Source: Macrostomum lignano
Lineage: Eukaryota
Assembly (NCBI GenBank): GCA_002269645.1
Contig: NIVC01000085.1
Span: forward strand, 744,001 to 808,000
Length of the DNA: 64,000 bases
Reading direction: 5' to 3'
In this document: in pieces, positions 24,091 through 37,318 of the stretch
Layout of the letters: each line of letters starts with the position of its first letter
Position numbering within the stretch: position 1 is the first letter of the stretch
Position numbers and translations under genes: made by a program
Notes under the pieces: model-generated
Told to the model about the DNA's origin: nothing
The model's database searches: none
Seen by the model: the letters and a program-made list of their open reading frames with translations, nothing else

Positions 24091-24744
24091 TAGGCATTTA
24101 ACCTGAAATTTTGCGAAGCTTTTTTTTAGTCCAGCGATTCCCCAAGATCGATAAAACGCAGAGACACTGCAGAAATCCAGACAAGTTATTATGAAGAGTC
24201 AAGCACAGACACTGCAGTAAAACACAGAGCATTATACAATATATTGCTTTTTAGAACCAACTGAATAGTTGACAAACCATTATGAAAACAAATGGAGGCA
24301 AAGTTTGTCTAAAGGTACGACTATTGAAAGTCAGTCTAAGAAGACCTTGTCGACTTTTTTTAAAATCTACAGCTGTCGCCGAGTTCGTAGCTGCTTCTGG
24401 CATAACAGACGGTCGATCCTATAGTTCAAGAAAAATGAGTATTTACTATGGTAGAATCTTTTGATTGAGTGCTCCATCTATTCTGATGGAGAAGAGAGAT
24501 TTCAGAAAGTTGCGTGAAGCTCGCAATAAGAAAACAAAAAATACAAACGCGGGAGAAGAGTTTCCTACTTTTTTATTGTACGTAGCAAATGGTCTATTCT
24601 TGGCATGCGCTGCTTCGTTTTAATGCTCTCTAACTAGGTTGACACAAAGCTATCATTTAACTCGATGAGCATGAAAACAGTAAGTTCAATTTTTCGGGCC
24701 ATCCTGCAAGTTTTTACGGATATAAGATGCGGATTTCACAAGCT

Positions 24745-24750
24745 TATAAA
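24745..24750 (+). promoter_or_regulatory. TATA box of CTLD-TM gene G1
   Basis: TATAAA about 70-80 bp upstream of the ATG, conserved at 26961 (G2), 42521 (G4) and 58199 (G6). Confidence 0.55.
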
Positions 24751-24818
24751 GTCTGCTTTGTTTGTCATGAGAGCAGACTAGAAACACGTCTCGTTCGATT
24801 CTCACTGCTTAGTAGACG

Positions 24819-26133
24819 ATGCAAACCTTTACGTTGGTCTACGGCATCATCGCTTTGCTTCTAGCCACCTCACAGCAGGTGGACTGCGTGTTCTGTCCGC
24901 CAGGATGGCTGTTGACAGCCTCGCGCGGACTGTGCATCGGGACTCCGTCGTTCCAAGCCACTGAAGGCATTCCGGCAGCTGCGGCCGCTGATTTCTGCGG
25001 CAGAGCCGTCAGGCAGGCTGGTCTGGCGAGCACAGCAGCCGACCCGGATGTGCTTCGGTTGGGGCAGAAGCTGGCGAAGGGACGGCGACTGTGGGTTTCC
25101 GGCTGTTCGAAGGCTTCAATCAAACGGAATGTGTAAGTCTGCTGTCTGTCTGGTGGTGTTGTAGATAATAGTCTCGAACGGCCCGGGCTCGATTCCAAGT
25201 ACAGTCATTAATTTGGGGCTAAATTGGAATCTCGACTTGAGTCTGCTCGTGCATGAAATTAATGGCCTTTCTTTAGCGCCAACCATCAAGGCACAGTGAA
25301 GTATATACATGTCTAACGATAATATATTCAGGGTCCCTGTACACCTCTGTGAAAGTGTGCCTGTTTTTATGACTGATAGTTTTGTGTGCTTGCTCAGGGG
25401 AGTCGTTGGAATGAGCAGTAATGAATCTCGCCAGTTGTGTGACAATGTCTCTTAATTAAAGGGTGCACACAGTCCCTGTCTCTAGCTGAAAGGCTGCTGT
25501 CTATTGCTGGGTTCCGCAGTTGAGGCTCATTAGCTTAGGTCTCCGCGTGCACGAAAATGGGCCGGGAGCAAATGGGCCAACCCACAAGGGTTAATTTCTG
25601 CATACTTTTGCCCGAGTGTACTGCGTGCATGTAATTTTGACGAACCGTAATTGCCTTTTGGCAGTGCCGAAAGGAGTCAGAGACTTGATTTAAAATAACA
25701 CTGAACAACAGACGAATAGATAAACCGTATAACTTCTCTGCAATGTTGCAGCGAAAGTCGCCAGTGCTGCGCAGTCAATCCTGATGATGGCAGCATCATG
25801 CGGACAGCATGTTCAGAGCTGCTCCTTCCTTTGTGCTCGGCGTCACCCTTGCTGAGTCGGCAGAAGCGCTTCTACTACGATTTCAGCTACACCAACGACT
25901 ACTCAATATACCCTACAACAGTGCTTCCATTGACAAGCAGTCCTGATGCAGCAACGATTGTCATTGTGATTTTTGTCACTATATTACCGATAGTCCTTTT
26001 TGCGCTGCTTGTCTGGTGCTGCATGCGCTGCTGCTGCAAGAGTAAGACGGTTGTAAAGCCAGCGCCACCGCCAGAGCCTGAACCTGAAGTTGAGGTGATC
26101 GGCATTGTGACTGTTCACACTGTGCGATATTAA
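24819..26133 (+). CDS. Type I membrane protein G1: signal peptide, C-type-lectin-like domain, RQKR site, Tyr-rich stub, TM, Cys cluster
   Basis: Exons 24819-25132 and 25752-26133 give 696 nt (232 codons), with a phase-2 GT-AG intron. Motifs CPPGW...C, A...C, LAS, LWVSG, CC...C...C fit a long-form CTLD cysteine skeleton without EPN/QPD/WND. A hydrophobic TM is followed by WCCMRCCCK. Confidence 0.8.
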
Positions 26134-27038
26134 CGACTGCTGGCTGCTGTACATGTACGAGTCGTACGTACTTCTATTTTTCGGTATACACTAGTATTCA
26201 GTGGATGTCTTTGCAACAAATAATCTTTAGCGACACTGCAATTGCGAGCTTAAAGGAATTAATAAATCACATTGCGCGTTTTTTTCTATGTAAGATACGT
26301 TCAAGAATATTAGATTCATGTAAATATCTTTAATCAGCGTTACTTTCATACTCTAACAAGTTTTATTCAAATTTACAATACTTTGTTACAGCTTTTTGAA
26401 GGAACAAATGCTTTTTTAACAAAAATTCCAACAATATACAGCTCGTACAAGGTAAACGTGTTGTTTAGTATTTTAGTTCGATATTAGTTACTCATGTTCA
26501 CGAGTAGAGCAACAGACATGCATTTTGCAAGCATGCAGGCGATTAAATTTAAAATATACTCGTATTATTATTATTTTAACGAATGCACTTCTACTCTGTT
26601 TTCCAAAGAAATATTTGTAAGCATGCACATTATAGCTCGCACTAAAAAGACATAAAGGTTGCAAATGCGGGAGAAAAGTGTTTAAATTTTTTAGCTCGTA
26701 TTGTACGTGGCAAGTGGTCTATTCATGGCATGCGCTGCTTCATTTGAATGCTCTCTAAGCTGACTCAAAGCTCCCATTTCATTCAATCAGCACGAAAACC
26801 GTCGATTCAATTTTTGGCCATCCTGCAAGTATCACAGATATATGATGCGGATTTCATTCGCTTATAAAGTTTGCTTTGTCTGTGAGCACGAAGAAAATCA
26901 ATTCAATTTTCGGGGGATCCTGCAAGTTTTCACGGATTTAAGATGCGGATTTCACAAGCTTATAAAGTCTACTTTGTTCTCATGAAAGCCAACAAAAAAC
27001 ACGTCTCGCTCGAGTCTCACTGCTAAAGCTAGTAGACG

Positions 27039-28015
27039 ATGCAAACCTTTACGCTACTCTTCAGCATCAGCGCTCTGCTTCTAGCCGCCTCACAGCAGGT
27101 GGACTGCGTATTCTGTCCGCCAGGATGGCTGTTGACAACCTCGCGCGGACTGTGCATCGGGACTCCGTCATTCCAAGCCACTGAAGGCATTCCGGCAGCT
27201 GCGGCCGCTGATTCCTGCGGCAGAGCTGTCAGGCAGGCTGGTCTGGCGAGCTCAGCAGCCGACCCGGATGTGCTTCGGTTGGGTCAGAAACTGGCGAAGG
27301 GACGGCGGCTGTGGGTTTCCGGCTGTGCGAAGGCTTCGATCGAACGGAATGGGTAATGCTGCTGTCTAGTGCTGTCTTTTCAGGGGTTCAGCGTTTAGCA
27401 CGACTGTGCAGACTCTCACGGCTCATTAGGGGTTCGATTCCCGTGTGAGCGCTAGCTGGCTCATAATTTCAAGTCTCGTTGCACGAAAATGTGACCCCCG
27501 GGGCTTGTCATGCAATCAACGACCATGAGGGCCAACCACCCCAGGCACAGAGCAGGTCAGGGTTGTTGCACACAGTACGGAAAGCCCACCTGGAGACCCG
27601 ATTACTATATACTTTCTCCATCGGTTTTTCTGTGGAACGCTTCTGAGGGTCACAAGAGTTAACCTTATGCGTACCTTTATTGATTAAGTAAACGAATCTA
27701 AGCCGTATAACTTTTCTGAAATGTTGAAATGTTGCATGCAGAGAAAGTCGTCAGTGCTGTGCAGTCAATCCCGCTGATGGAAACATCGTGCCAACAGCTT
27801 GTTCAGAGATGCTTCTTCCTTTGTGCTTCGCGCCCCCCTTGCTAAGTCGGCAGAAGCGCCAAGAGTCAGGCAGTTCTTTTTTAGGAACGGTTATGGGTGG
27901 GATTTTCGGAGTTATAGCAACGATAATTGTTTTTGCGCTTCTGATCTGGTTCTTCTGCAAAGTCTGCACAAGTAATATCGTTATTCCAGAGTCTCAGCCT
28001 GACATTGAGGACTAA
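27039..28015 (+). CDS. CTLD-like type I membrane protein G2
   Basis: Exons 27039-27352 and 27742-28015 give 588 nt (196 codons). After RQKR it reads QESGSSFLG-TM-CKVC-tail. Confidence 0.8.
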
Positions 28016-29497
28016 TTCTAGCTAGACTGTACACGTATACATGTATTGATGCACTCAAACTTTATAGATATCCGTAAAACAAAACCCTTTGGCGCCACTA
28101 CAAAGTGATAGGACGCGCACTGTGTGCACATACTAGTAATTACCGTATTTTTGCATATACGTGTAAATTAGATTTTGTAAATCTATCAACTATTATAATA
28201 GTGAATTTTGAACTCTGTACAAGGACAACTAAAGCAGCCTATATTATACAGGAAGCGACACACGCGTTTCATGGGGAAAAAGTTTTGAAGGCCACTTTAG
28301 ATAAATATTTAGCTGGATACTACAGCTTTGCAATTAACATTTATTTATATTTGTTTACAAATTCTACACGGCTAATCGAACCCTTAAAAGAGCTAGAAAT
28401 GGAGTTTAAGGCACGTAATTAATTTTAGATAGTAAGGCATACCTTGGTGAAAAAATGGGTTGCGTTAAGAAAAGTGAAATAAAAAAATAAGTTAAGCCAG
28501 AGCCGCGAATGCTTTTTTCTTAAATGAGAATAAGTTTCGACGTTCTCTGCGAAAAAAAGATATTTCCACGTGCATCCTGTAATTGCCTCGCAATATTATT
28601 ATCAAATCGGTTCTAAAATAAGCGAGTGAGTTATATTATAAATAAACATCTTGTTTCGCATGAGTCAAATGCGTCGTATTATTCACTTGTACGCGTTAAA
28701 CCTCAAATATATCGCTAACCTGGCCAGTTTGGGCCCCGCGATTTGATTTTCTCGGCTTCTCGCTCAGCTTAACCCGCGGCCTTCAGACTTTACACATCCA
28801 TTTAAAAGTGACATTGTTTGGAAAAGTGCATGGCCTTCAAAGCATTTTCCATAGATTTCAAGTTTTGCGTCCTTCTATTTTAGTAGTCCTTGAATCTGTA
28901 ACGAATTTAATTCAAATTTCTCCTATTACTCGTACAGTTTTTGAAAGTTCCGATTAGTAAACTTCAACGCGTCTGCTTTTGAACAAACTGTATCTTAGTG
29001 CTTAAACAACTTTATTGTGCGTTGGTTTGCCCTTTTTATTCATTTTTCAGAGCAAAAAGTATATTATTTTTGAAATACTGCAAATTACTAGCCTCGTATC
29101 ATGAAACAAAAAGTATAAACGCTTCTACATATGTATTTTGTCCCCAAGGAAAATTGATGAAAATTCACACTCGATGCAGTGTAAATGTTTTGAAACTGCA
29201 CCTCGAGCCGGTTTCGGATTTTGTAAATGAATGGAGAGCGGCTGATGAGAGAGGAAGTATGAAGCGAGCAATTTTGGCGTTTACGAAACAATTGGTTCTG
29301 TGCTCTGTAGAGGTTTTAAAATTTACGGCTATTAATGTGAAAATAATGAACGTACACTGTGCATATTACTTACTATTGACAGTAGTGCAAGCGCCGCGAT
29401 TAGGCCTCGAGGCCCAAGGTAATTAAGAAGCCATGCAAGGATTAACCTTGGGAGCGCACCCAACCCCCGCCAAGGTGTTTTGAGTCGTGCCTTTTAG

Positions 29498-29818
29498 TAC
29501 TACTCATACTCTACAACAGTGCGTCCATCAAGCAGTCCTGATGCATTAACAATTTTTCTTGTAATTGTTTCCATTATTGCACCGATAGCCATTTTTATCC
29601 TTCTGGTCTGCTGCTGCGTGAAATGCTGCTGCAAGAGTAAGACGGTTGTAAAGCCAGCGCCGGCGCCAGAGCCTGATGTTGAGGTGATCGGCATTGTGGC
29701 TGTTCACACTGTGCGCTATCAACGACTGCTGGCTGCTGTACATGTACGTACTTGTATTTTTCGATGTATTGTTTCGTGGATGTCCTTCTTTAGCAACACA
29801 CTGCAAAAGACGAGCTAA
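29498..29818 (+). pseudogene. 3' fragment (G3) of a G1-type CTLD-TM gene: Tyr stub, TM and tail only
   Basis: YYSYSTTVRPSSSPDAL-TM-CCCVKCCCKSKTVVKPAPAPEPDVEVIGIVAVHTVRY. The G1 stop TAA is CAA here, so the frame reads through. No upstream CTLD sequence is present. Confidence 0.75.
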
Positions 29819-30856
29819 AAGGACTTTATTAACAGTATTGTGCGTTTTTCCATGTAATACATGTACAAGAATATTTGATGCATGTAAATCATTTTTTAAT
29901 TCAGCGTTACTTTCAAACTCTAACGAGTTTTATTGAATTTTTGATAACTACAACTATTTGTTAAATACAAGATTTCGGTATTTTTTCGTATTCGAGCATG
30001 TTATTTTTTACTCATATTTACGAGTAGCGAGACAAACGTGCATGGATTCGAGTTGAAATAGATAAATATAAAACACAAATTATACGCTTCTATTTAGTCT
30101 TCCAGAAAAAAATTGTAAGCATGCACACTATACTCGTAGATACAGTGTAAATCATTCTAAACCCCTTAAATCGGCTTTGTGGGTGTACTGTAAATAGGTG
30201 AATGGACAGAATGAATTTGTAAATGTGGTGCTTTTTTGACGTTAACGAAATAAAATTACAATGAATAAAGTTACGATGAAGTGAATCTACTGCTACAATA
30301 GAATGTGAAAGGGTTATTTTTTGCTTTTATTGACCAACAGAAAGCCGCAAGGAGCAGCTTGACTTACGTGCGTTGTGTTTGACTTTCATGCAAGTAGCCT
30401 AGTTCTCAACGATAAAAGAATCATCGAAAATTAAAACCACATAACAACGCTAACAACAAAGTACAACAAGACAGAACCTTACTTACTTACTTACTGGTAC
30501 TTACTTAGTTAATTACTTTCACACTTTGAATCTATCACCATAAATCTATTCCAACTTTCCAATCAAAATCAAAGAGAAAGATCTGAGTTTAAATGAGTTT
30601 CTACAATGTCCCTCAAACTTTTAAAATTTCACTTTCGCGCAAACCATATTTCAACCACTTCTAACTTTGGTGATACAAAATGAAAAACTAAAAAGTCAAC
30701 ACATACTACTACCTCTAATATTTGTACTAAAATAGCCAAGTAGCATATACTCTACATCGTTAACCCATTACACATTGGCGACCAAGTGACAGAAAAGGAA
30801 TCTCAGCAAGCATCTGTGGGGTCTAGGAGGCTAAAAGACCAGCAAAAATTGTTCAG

Positions 30857-31137
30857 AGTTGCAATTAAACACATTTACAACTGGTCTCAGTTGCAATTAA
30901 ACGCTTTTACAGTGGGTCTCAGTTGCAATTAAACACATTTACAACTGGGTCTCAGTTGCAATTAAAAATTTACAACGGGTCTCAGTTGCAATTAAAAATT
31001 TACAACTGGTCTCAGTTGCAACTAAACACATTTACAACTGGGTCTCAGTTGCAACTAAACATATTTACAACTGGTCTCAGCTGCAACTAAACACATTTAC
31101 AACTGGGTCTCAGTTGCAATTAAACACATTTACAACG
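30857..31137. repeat. 32-bp minisatellite, about 9 units
   Basis: Same unit and same flanks as 21032-22770. Confidence 0.93.
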
Positions 31138-32024
31138 AGACGCTTGATAATAACTGCTCCCAACCTAGTTATCACTGCGGAGTATGTCTAACGTATCCAC
31201 AAAACGACGACTCTCTTTACATTCTGCATACAAGCCTCTGCAAAGCAATAAGCTTTCGTACTGCATTTGCTTTTGAGTCGAATGCAAATTTAGCTTATAT
31301 TTGCTCATTAGACCTTGGCATACCGGAAGTCAGCTCGGCAAATCAATAAAACTATGCATACAAAATCCAAATTAAAAAAACTGATTCCAAACCGTGAATG
31401 GTAACTGGGAGAATTTGCTTTGTGACTTTCAACCTACTCGCTGAGAAACAACTATGAGCCTAAAAATATGTAAAAGATAAATCTTCATCAACCTTTGATC
31501 TCCTGACCCCAGAGCATGAAACAGGAAATTTTAGTAAGTTTTTTCAAGACCAGCGATTTACAAAGCTCAGTAAAAACGCCTAAAGCTGAAGAACTCCATA
31601 ACTACCTGCATACACAAATTTATTGAGTCAAGCACAGACACCGCCATAAAACAAAGAGCATTGTTGTAATTTGGAACAAGCTGAAAATTTGACCAACCAT
31701 TATAAAGACAAATACGGTACAGGCAAAGATTGTCCAACGTATTGAAAGTCAGTGTAAAGTCTTGGCGCCGTCTCTGATTCCGCAACTGCGTGTGACATAA
31801 CAGACTGTCGATCCTTTAGTTCAAGCAAATTGAGTATTGAGCCTGTTGTACTTTTAGCTGCGTAGCAGCCTTTGCAGGTGCAAGTGGACTGACTGTGAAC
31901 CTACTTTGGCTTGGCTGGATCAGCAATCTAGGGGTGCCTGCTTGTCCGTTTGGTTGTTTGCAGCTTCTCAAGGTTTTACAGGTGAGGTAAAACCTATGCG
32001 AAGGTAAAAATCATGCAGGTCCTT

Positions 32025-32544
<520 letters not shown>

Positions 32545-32730
32545 TTGGATGCAACACTTCGCCGCAAAAATATTAAAAACACAACTTAAGTTTTGCAATT
32601 GCCAATGTTTCTGCTCGAATTTATATTTGTTGTATTGAACAGATCAAGCCTCAGATTCAGGTCATTACAATTTGCTTGAGTCCATGCTCAGCTCATCAAC
32701 TGAGCCAGTCGGTCACCGAACCGCTCGAGC

Positions 32731-33477
32731 TCAGCCACGCACGAACAGAGTCCACTCGGGCCCGCTCAGGTGGCCAGGCGGGTACACGAACTCCAGCAGG
32801 TGGCAGGCAAGCTCCTGTCGGGAGAAAACGGCGGCCCGGCAGTCGGCTCTGGCGCTGCACCGGAGCAGGCAGTCCTCGACGGACTGAGCAGCGACAGGCC
32901 AAACGGAAGGGGCACCGGATGTCACGGGAGGGCTGAACTGCTTCACTACCGTGTAGGTGTTGCGGTCCGAAACTGATATTGAAAAAATAGCATCAACTCA
33001 ATAGTAAAAATACTTAAAAAATGACTGCTGCTACTGAGCAGTACGAGCAAAAGTCACAAAAGTACCTGAGTAGCTCAGAGAGAACACAGAGTTGTGGTAT
33101 ATGCCGCCACATTTCTGCATCGGGTTTCCGTAGCAGGCCATGCTGCAGTTGCCTTCACCCGCCGAGCCATGGGATCCGTACGAGTTGCCGCAGTAGCACT
33201 CCCTGCGGAACTGCACACCGAAGTAGGCGAATTTGCCCGCCGAGCAGATGCCGCTGCACAGCTCGTGCGACATCTCCATGCTTGCGACTCCCCCGTAACC
33301 ATTAACTGTTAACCCACCGAACTTTGTAACTCCAGTGAGCCCGTTCAAGTCTCTAGGTGTCTCAATAGGGTCTTTATAGCAGCCCAAGTATTTAAAGCCG
33401 ACGAGTCTACAGGCGACGCAAGTGAGCAGGAGGGCAGCGCAGAACAGAACGGACAGAGCCGCTGCTGGGCGGAGCAT
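32731..33477 (-). CDS. Secreted WSC + PAN/apple-like protein, copy C (intact)
   Basis: Exons 33477-33066 and 32972-32731 give 654 nt (218 codons), with a 93-bp GT-AG intron and the same domain motifs as copy B. Confidence 0.88.
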
Positions 33478-33796
33478 TTTGCTGCTCAGACAGAAGCTTG
33501 GAGCAGCTTCGATCTGTTGCGTCTCCAACTGTTTAGAGCAAGCAGATATATAAGTGCCAGATTCAGATGGAGCGTCGCTTCTTGACCAATCAGTGGTGTT
33601 CTTGAGCAGAGATCGAGAGATCCAACTTTAGTGTGTACACCGTATATGGCAATTTTCAAATCAGGGCCAATATGAATCTTTTTTACTTGTGGGAGAACCT
33701 ACCTAAGTAACTGCTGGCCTCCTACGTGGCTTGCAGGTCGGTTGTTGACTTGATTTGCGGCAGTACCCAAAAGCTCACTCAAAGACAAACTGCTAA

Positions 33797-33969
33797 TTTT
33801 GGGGGGGGAGGATCTAGTTTGGGGGGAGGATGCAGTTTGGGGGAAGGATCCAGTTGGGGGGGGGCGGTTCCAGTTTGGAGTCGGGATCCAGTTGGGGGGG
33901 GGGCGGATCCAGTTTGGAGGGGGGATCCAATTTGGGGGGCAGATCCAGTTTGGGGGCGGATCCAGTTTG
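33797..33969. repeat. G-rich degenerate 18-22 bp tandem repeat (GGGGGGCGGATCCAGTTT)
   Basis: About 9 units, each with a run of G. Confidence 0.85.
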
Positions 33970-34784
33970 AGGCAGTAGCTAAACTATCTTGTATTAGAGA
34001 AGTGGCTGCTTGGCTTGAAGGATCTTTTTGGGCTTCCAAGCTGTGCGGACAGTCAGAGAGAGAAGAAGAATTTTTTTTGCTAGCCGTTCCCGATCTCTTG
34101 CTGGTCTCCATATCAAGTTCGCAGCACTGCACAGGTGTAGCTCATGCATTTCCCAGTGGTTAATGTGCAGTTGCTTCAAATGAATACGCTGAAACTATGA
34201 AACCATGTGAAAGATTTTTGTTTAAATTTTCAGGAAACCACTGGCAGGGAGCAAGTGCTTAGTAGCAACCCGAGTGCTTTTATCCAGCTTCTTCTCACAT
34301 TTCTACATTTCTGCATGCGTCAAATGCTTCTTTCGCATTTGTCTTTGAGTCGCCAAATTTACATTAGGGAGGTTTTGGCGAAACTTTGTTGGCATACAAA
34401 TATTTGGCCATTAGACCTTCGCTTAACCGCTTAGTCAGATGGAAGACCCAAGAAACTAAGAGTGAGAGATTCCATGTCAAACATTTGATGCAGTCAAACT
34501 CACAGTTTCCATGCATATAGAGCTCTGAAACTGACGAAACTGTGAAAAACATTGGGTATTTACTCTAAAGTTTTCAGCTTGCTCTACTGTGGAGGAAAAA
34601 CTTTGAGTATGAAAGACTATCCAAATTTTGTTATCCCAATGGAACGGTAAGTGTCTGATTTTGTTTTGACTGGCTCGAGCTCAAAGCTGTGTTGCTTTCT
34701 ATCAAAGCAGGTCATTTCTGCATGTTTGCTTGAGTCCATGCTCAGCTCATCAACTGAGCCAGTCGGTCACCGCACCGCTCGAGC

Positions 34785-35260
34785 TCAGCAACGCTCGAAC
34801 AGAGTCCACTCGGGTTCGATCAGGCAGTCCTCGACGGACTGAGCAGCGACGGGCCAAACGGAGGTGTACCAGATGTCACGGGAGGCCTGGACTGCTTCAC
34901 TACCCGGCGTCCGTTTCCGTAGTAAGATAGTTCTTCGTAAACATTCAACTACTTTGCGTTGAAAGTTACAAAACATACCAGAGTAACTCTGTGAGAACAC
35001 GGAGTTACGGAATGAAGCTCCACGATTCTGTATTGAGTTTCTGGAGAATCTGTTCGACTTGCGGCAGTAGCTTTTCTATGACGTAGAGGATACCGCTGCA
35101 CAGCTAGTTCGACATCTCTGTTCTCGCTCTGATACCACCGGCATTTTGAGGTCAACACTGAAACCGCCAAGTATCTAGTTGATTCCCATGAGCCCTATCA
35201 AAGCCTCTGGGTGACCAATAATCGTTCTAGCCTGCAGGTGACGCAAGTTGGGCGAGACAT
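34785..35260 (-). pseudogene. Degenerate WSC + PAN gene, copy D
   Basis: Recognisable ATG region, WSC and PAN remnants with several internal deletions in the signal peptide, WSC and PAN regions. Confidence 0.75.
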
Positions 35261-36065
35261 TTCACTGTTGGAAGAGAAGCAATTGGGATGTCTAGGGAAT
35301 CGCTGTTTCTCCATCACCATCAGAGCATGCGGATTTTTGACAGACGTACATGTACATTGAAGCAGCTAAAAATTACTAACTAGCTTAAAGGCTTTCAAAG
35401 CAGAAGTATCAAATTCTCACTGATTCCCCTGATACACACAGATCAAGAGTCTGAGATACGGTCGTTTGGATGTGTTTTTTTCGTTGTCGTTTTGAAATTT
35501 TTCACTGCGTTTGTATAGATGAGTTCTATCTATAGTAGTACATCAGAAAGGTCCCTTTGCCTCGCCCCGCATCGAAGCATCACATCACCCAGCAGGCAAT
35601 CGACAAAATTTCGACTCGGCGTTGATAAATGTATGTGGCCAGCAAGCTGGTGTCGCTAACAGACGGCTTGAACGAGCCTGTCAGTGTGCCATAAAGGTGA
35701 CTCGCTAATTGCCTCATACTACTGTGTGCCTATAAGGGGAGTTTCTGAAGGTCCATCGGGCTGATGACAGCCTCTATGTCGTGGTGCCACCTTCACGCCG
35801 ATGGCAGCTCTTTCAAGGTGTATTTTGTAGTGTTAGTGGTTACCGTAAGAAGTGAATGCAAAGAGGTAGAATGAATTGATCAGCGATGGAGCGTAAGCTG
35901 CGGCTAGCTGAAGTAGAATTCTTTTGTATGGGGAGAAATTTTTGGGAGTAGCTCTACTGGAAGTAGCATAATTTAATTTAACGGTAATTTAGTTTAATTT
36001 AACTAAGATTGACGGCTGAAAAACTGCTTGTTCTGCTCTGCGCTTTCGTTCGGTGCTTTAGTTCG

Positions 36066-36158
36066 TATACCCACCTAGCCACCTGAGCGGGCCCGAGTGG
36101 ACTCTGTGCGTGGCTGAGCTCGAGCGGTGCGGTGACCGACTGGCTCAGCTGATGAGCT
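36066..36158 (+). pseudogene. Inverted fragment (E) of the WSC-PAN gene 3' end
   Basis: Reverse-orientation copy of the HLSGPEWTL..stop and 3' UTR start. Confidence 0.75.
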
Positions 36159-36964
36159 GGCGGACAACGATCTGTAGCAAATCTCATCGCGTACGAATTC
36201 CGGCTCTGAGGAAAAAATTATGTGATGAAAATTCTTGTACAGGACCAGCTAAAAAGGGTTGCGCCGATGTGAGGAGAATGGATAAGAAAGTGCAAACCAA
36301 CACAAAGAAGTCACTATATACTGGTTAGAAAGAGGAACTTCTACACAGCTTTTGACGGTTGTAGGCCCATAGAGAGTTAAGGAATAAGTCGTGAAAAAAA
36401 TGGAACTCTTTGGCACCAGAACCAATTGGCAGTCTTACGTGTAGCGTAAGTTCAGTCGTAAGACGCTTTCTCAAAACTTGTAAAGAATGGTTGATAAAGA
36501 TAAAGAGCAAAGGCGGTGGTTCTGTGTTTGCTGAATGAAAAGAATCACTTAAAGAGTTGAAGTACTTAGGTTACGTTTATTTATAGTACTGAACTGAGTA
36601 TTACCGGAAATTTCTAGAAGTTTCGTTAGTTACAACAAAATTAAATATTCTAAATGCTATTACGTAGCACTGCTGTACAAATGCATTAATAAATATGACA
36701 ACAATAAATTTTATACTTAATATTTAGAAGTAAAACTAACATTTGATTAAACTAAAGGAAATTTCTAGAATGAACTTTAACTTGCACTACAAAAAGTAAT
36801 TTCTCGAAGATTCTAATTCTAAAAATAAATATTGCGCGATACGTACTTTCTAAAATTGATGCTTTACGCTACAAACTAACTTAGACTTTGCGTGGCTTTC
36901 GCTGTTCGTAAGTCGTATCTGAAACGAAAAGTTGCATGTCTATGGTCATAAATCTGTAAATATT

Positions 36965-37304
36965 TATACTTAGTCTATCGTAAGTTGCTTTAGAGAAAGA
37001 CCCACCTTCGATAAAGTTTAACTTGACTTGGCTTGACTAAAGCTTCACGTACTATGCGATTAGTGCTTAAGTGCGTCTTACGACTGATACCGAGCAGTCG
37101 TAGGGTTAAGATCAACCTTACGAAAGACCATAAACATACGAACGTTTCGAGAAACAGGACTCTATTGCGCAAAGTTACGAACTCGTAAAGTTGCGATCAA
37201 TCTTACGCATAGCTAACTTGCGAGCCCTTCGAGCAACCCGTAAGTGTAGCTTACCCAACTTACGTCTATGGTCGATCGTAAGTTGCTTTTGAGAAAGACC
37301 CCCC
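36965..37304. repeat. Probable DNA-transposon terminal remnants
   Basis: Direct repeat CGTAAGTTGCTTTNGAGAAAGACCC at about 36979-37003 and 37277-37301. The family is not determinable by eye. Confidence 0.4.
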
Positions 37305-37318
37305 TGCATTCTTCTGTA

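Noticed and set aside
29492-29500. G3 fragment as an alternative last exon for G2 exon 1
   Set aside because: Exon 1 ends in phase 2 while the TTTTAG acceptor at 29497 enters in phase 0, so the product would be out of frame and would lack half of the CTLD.
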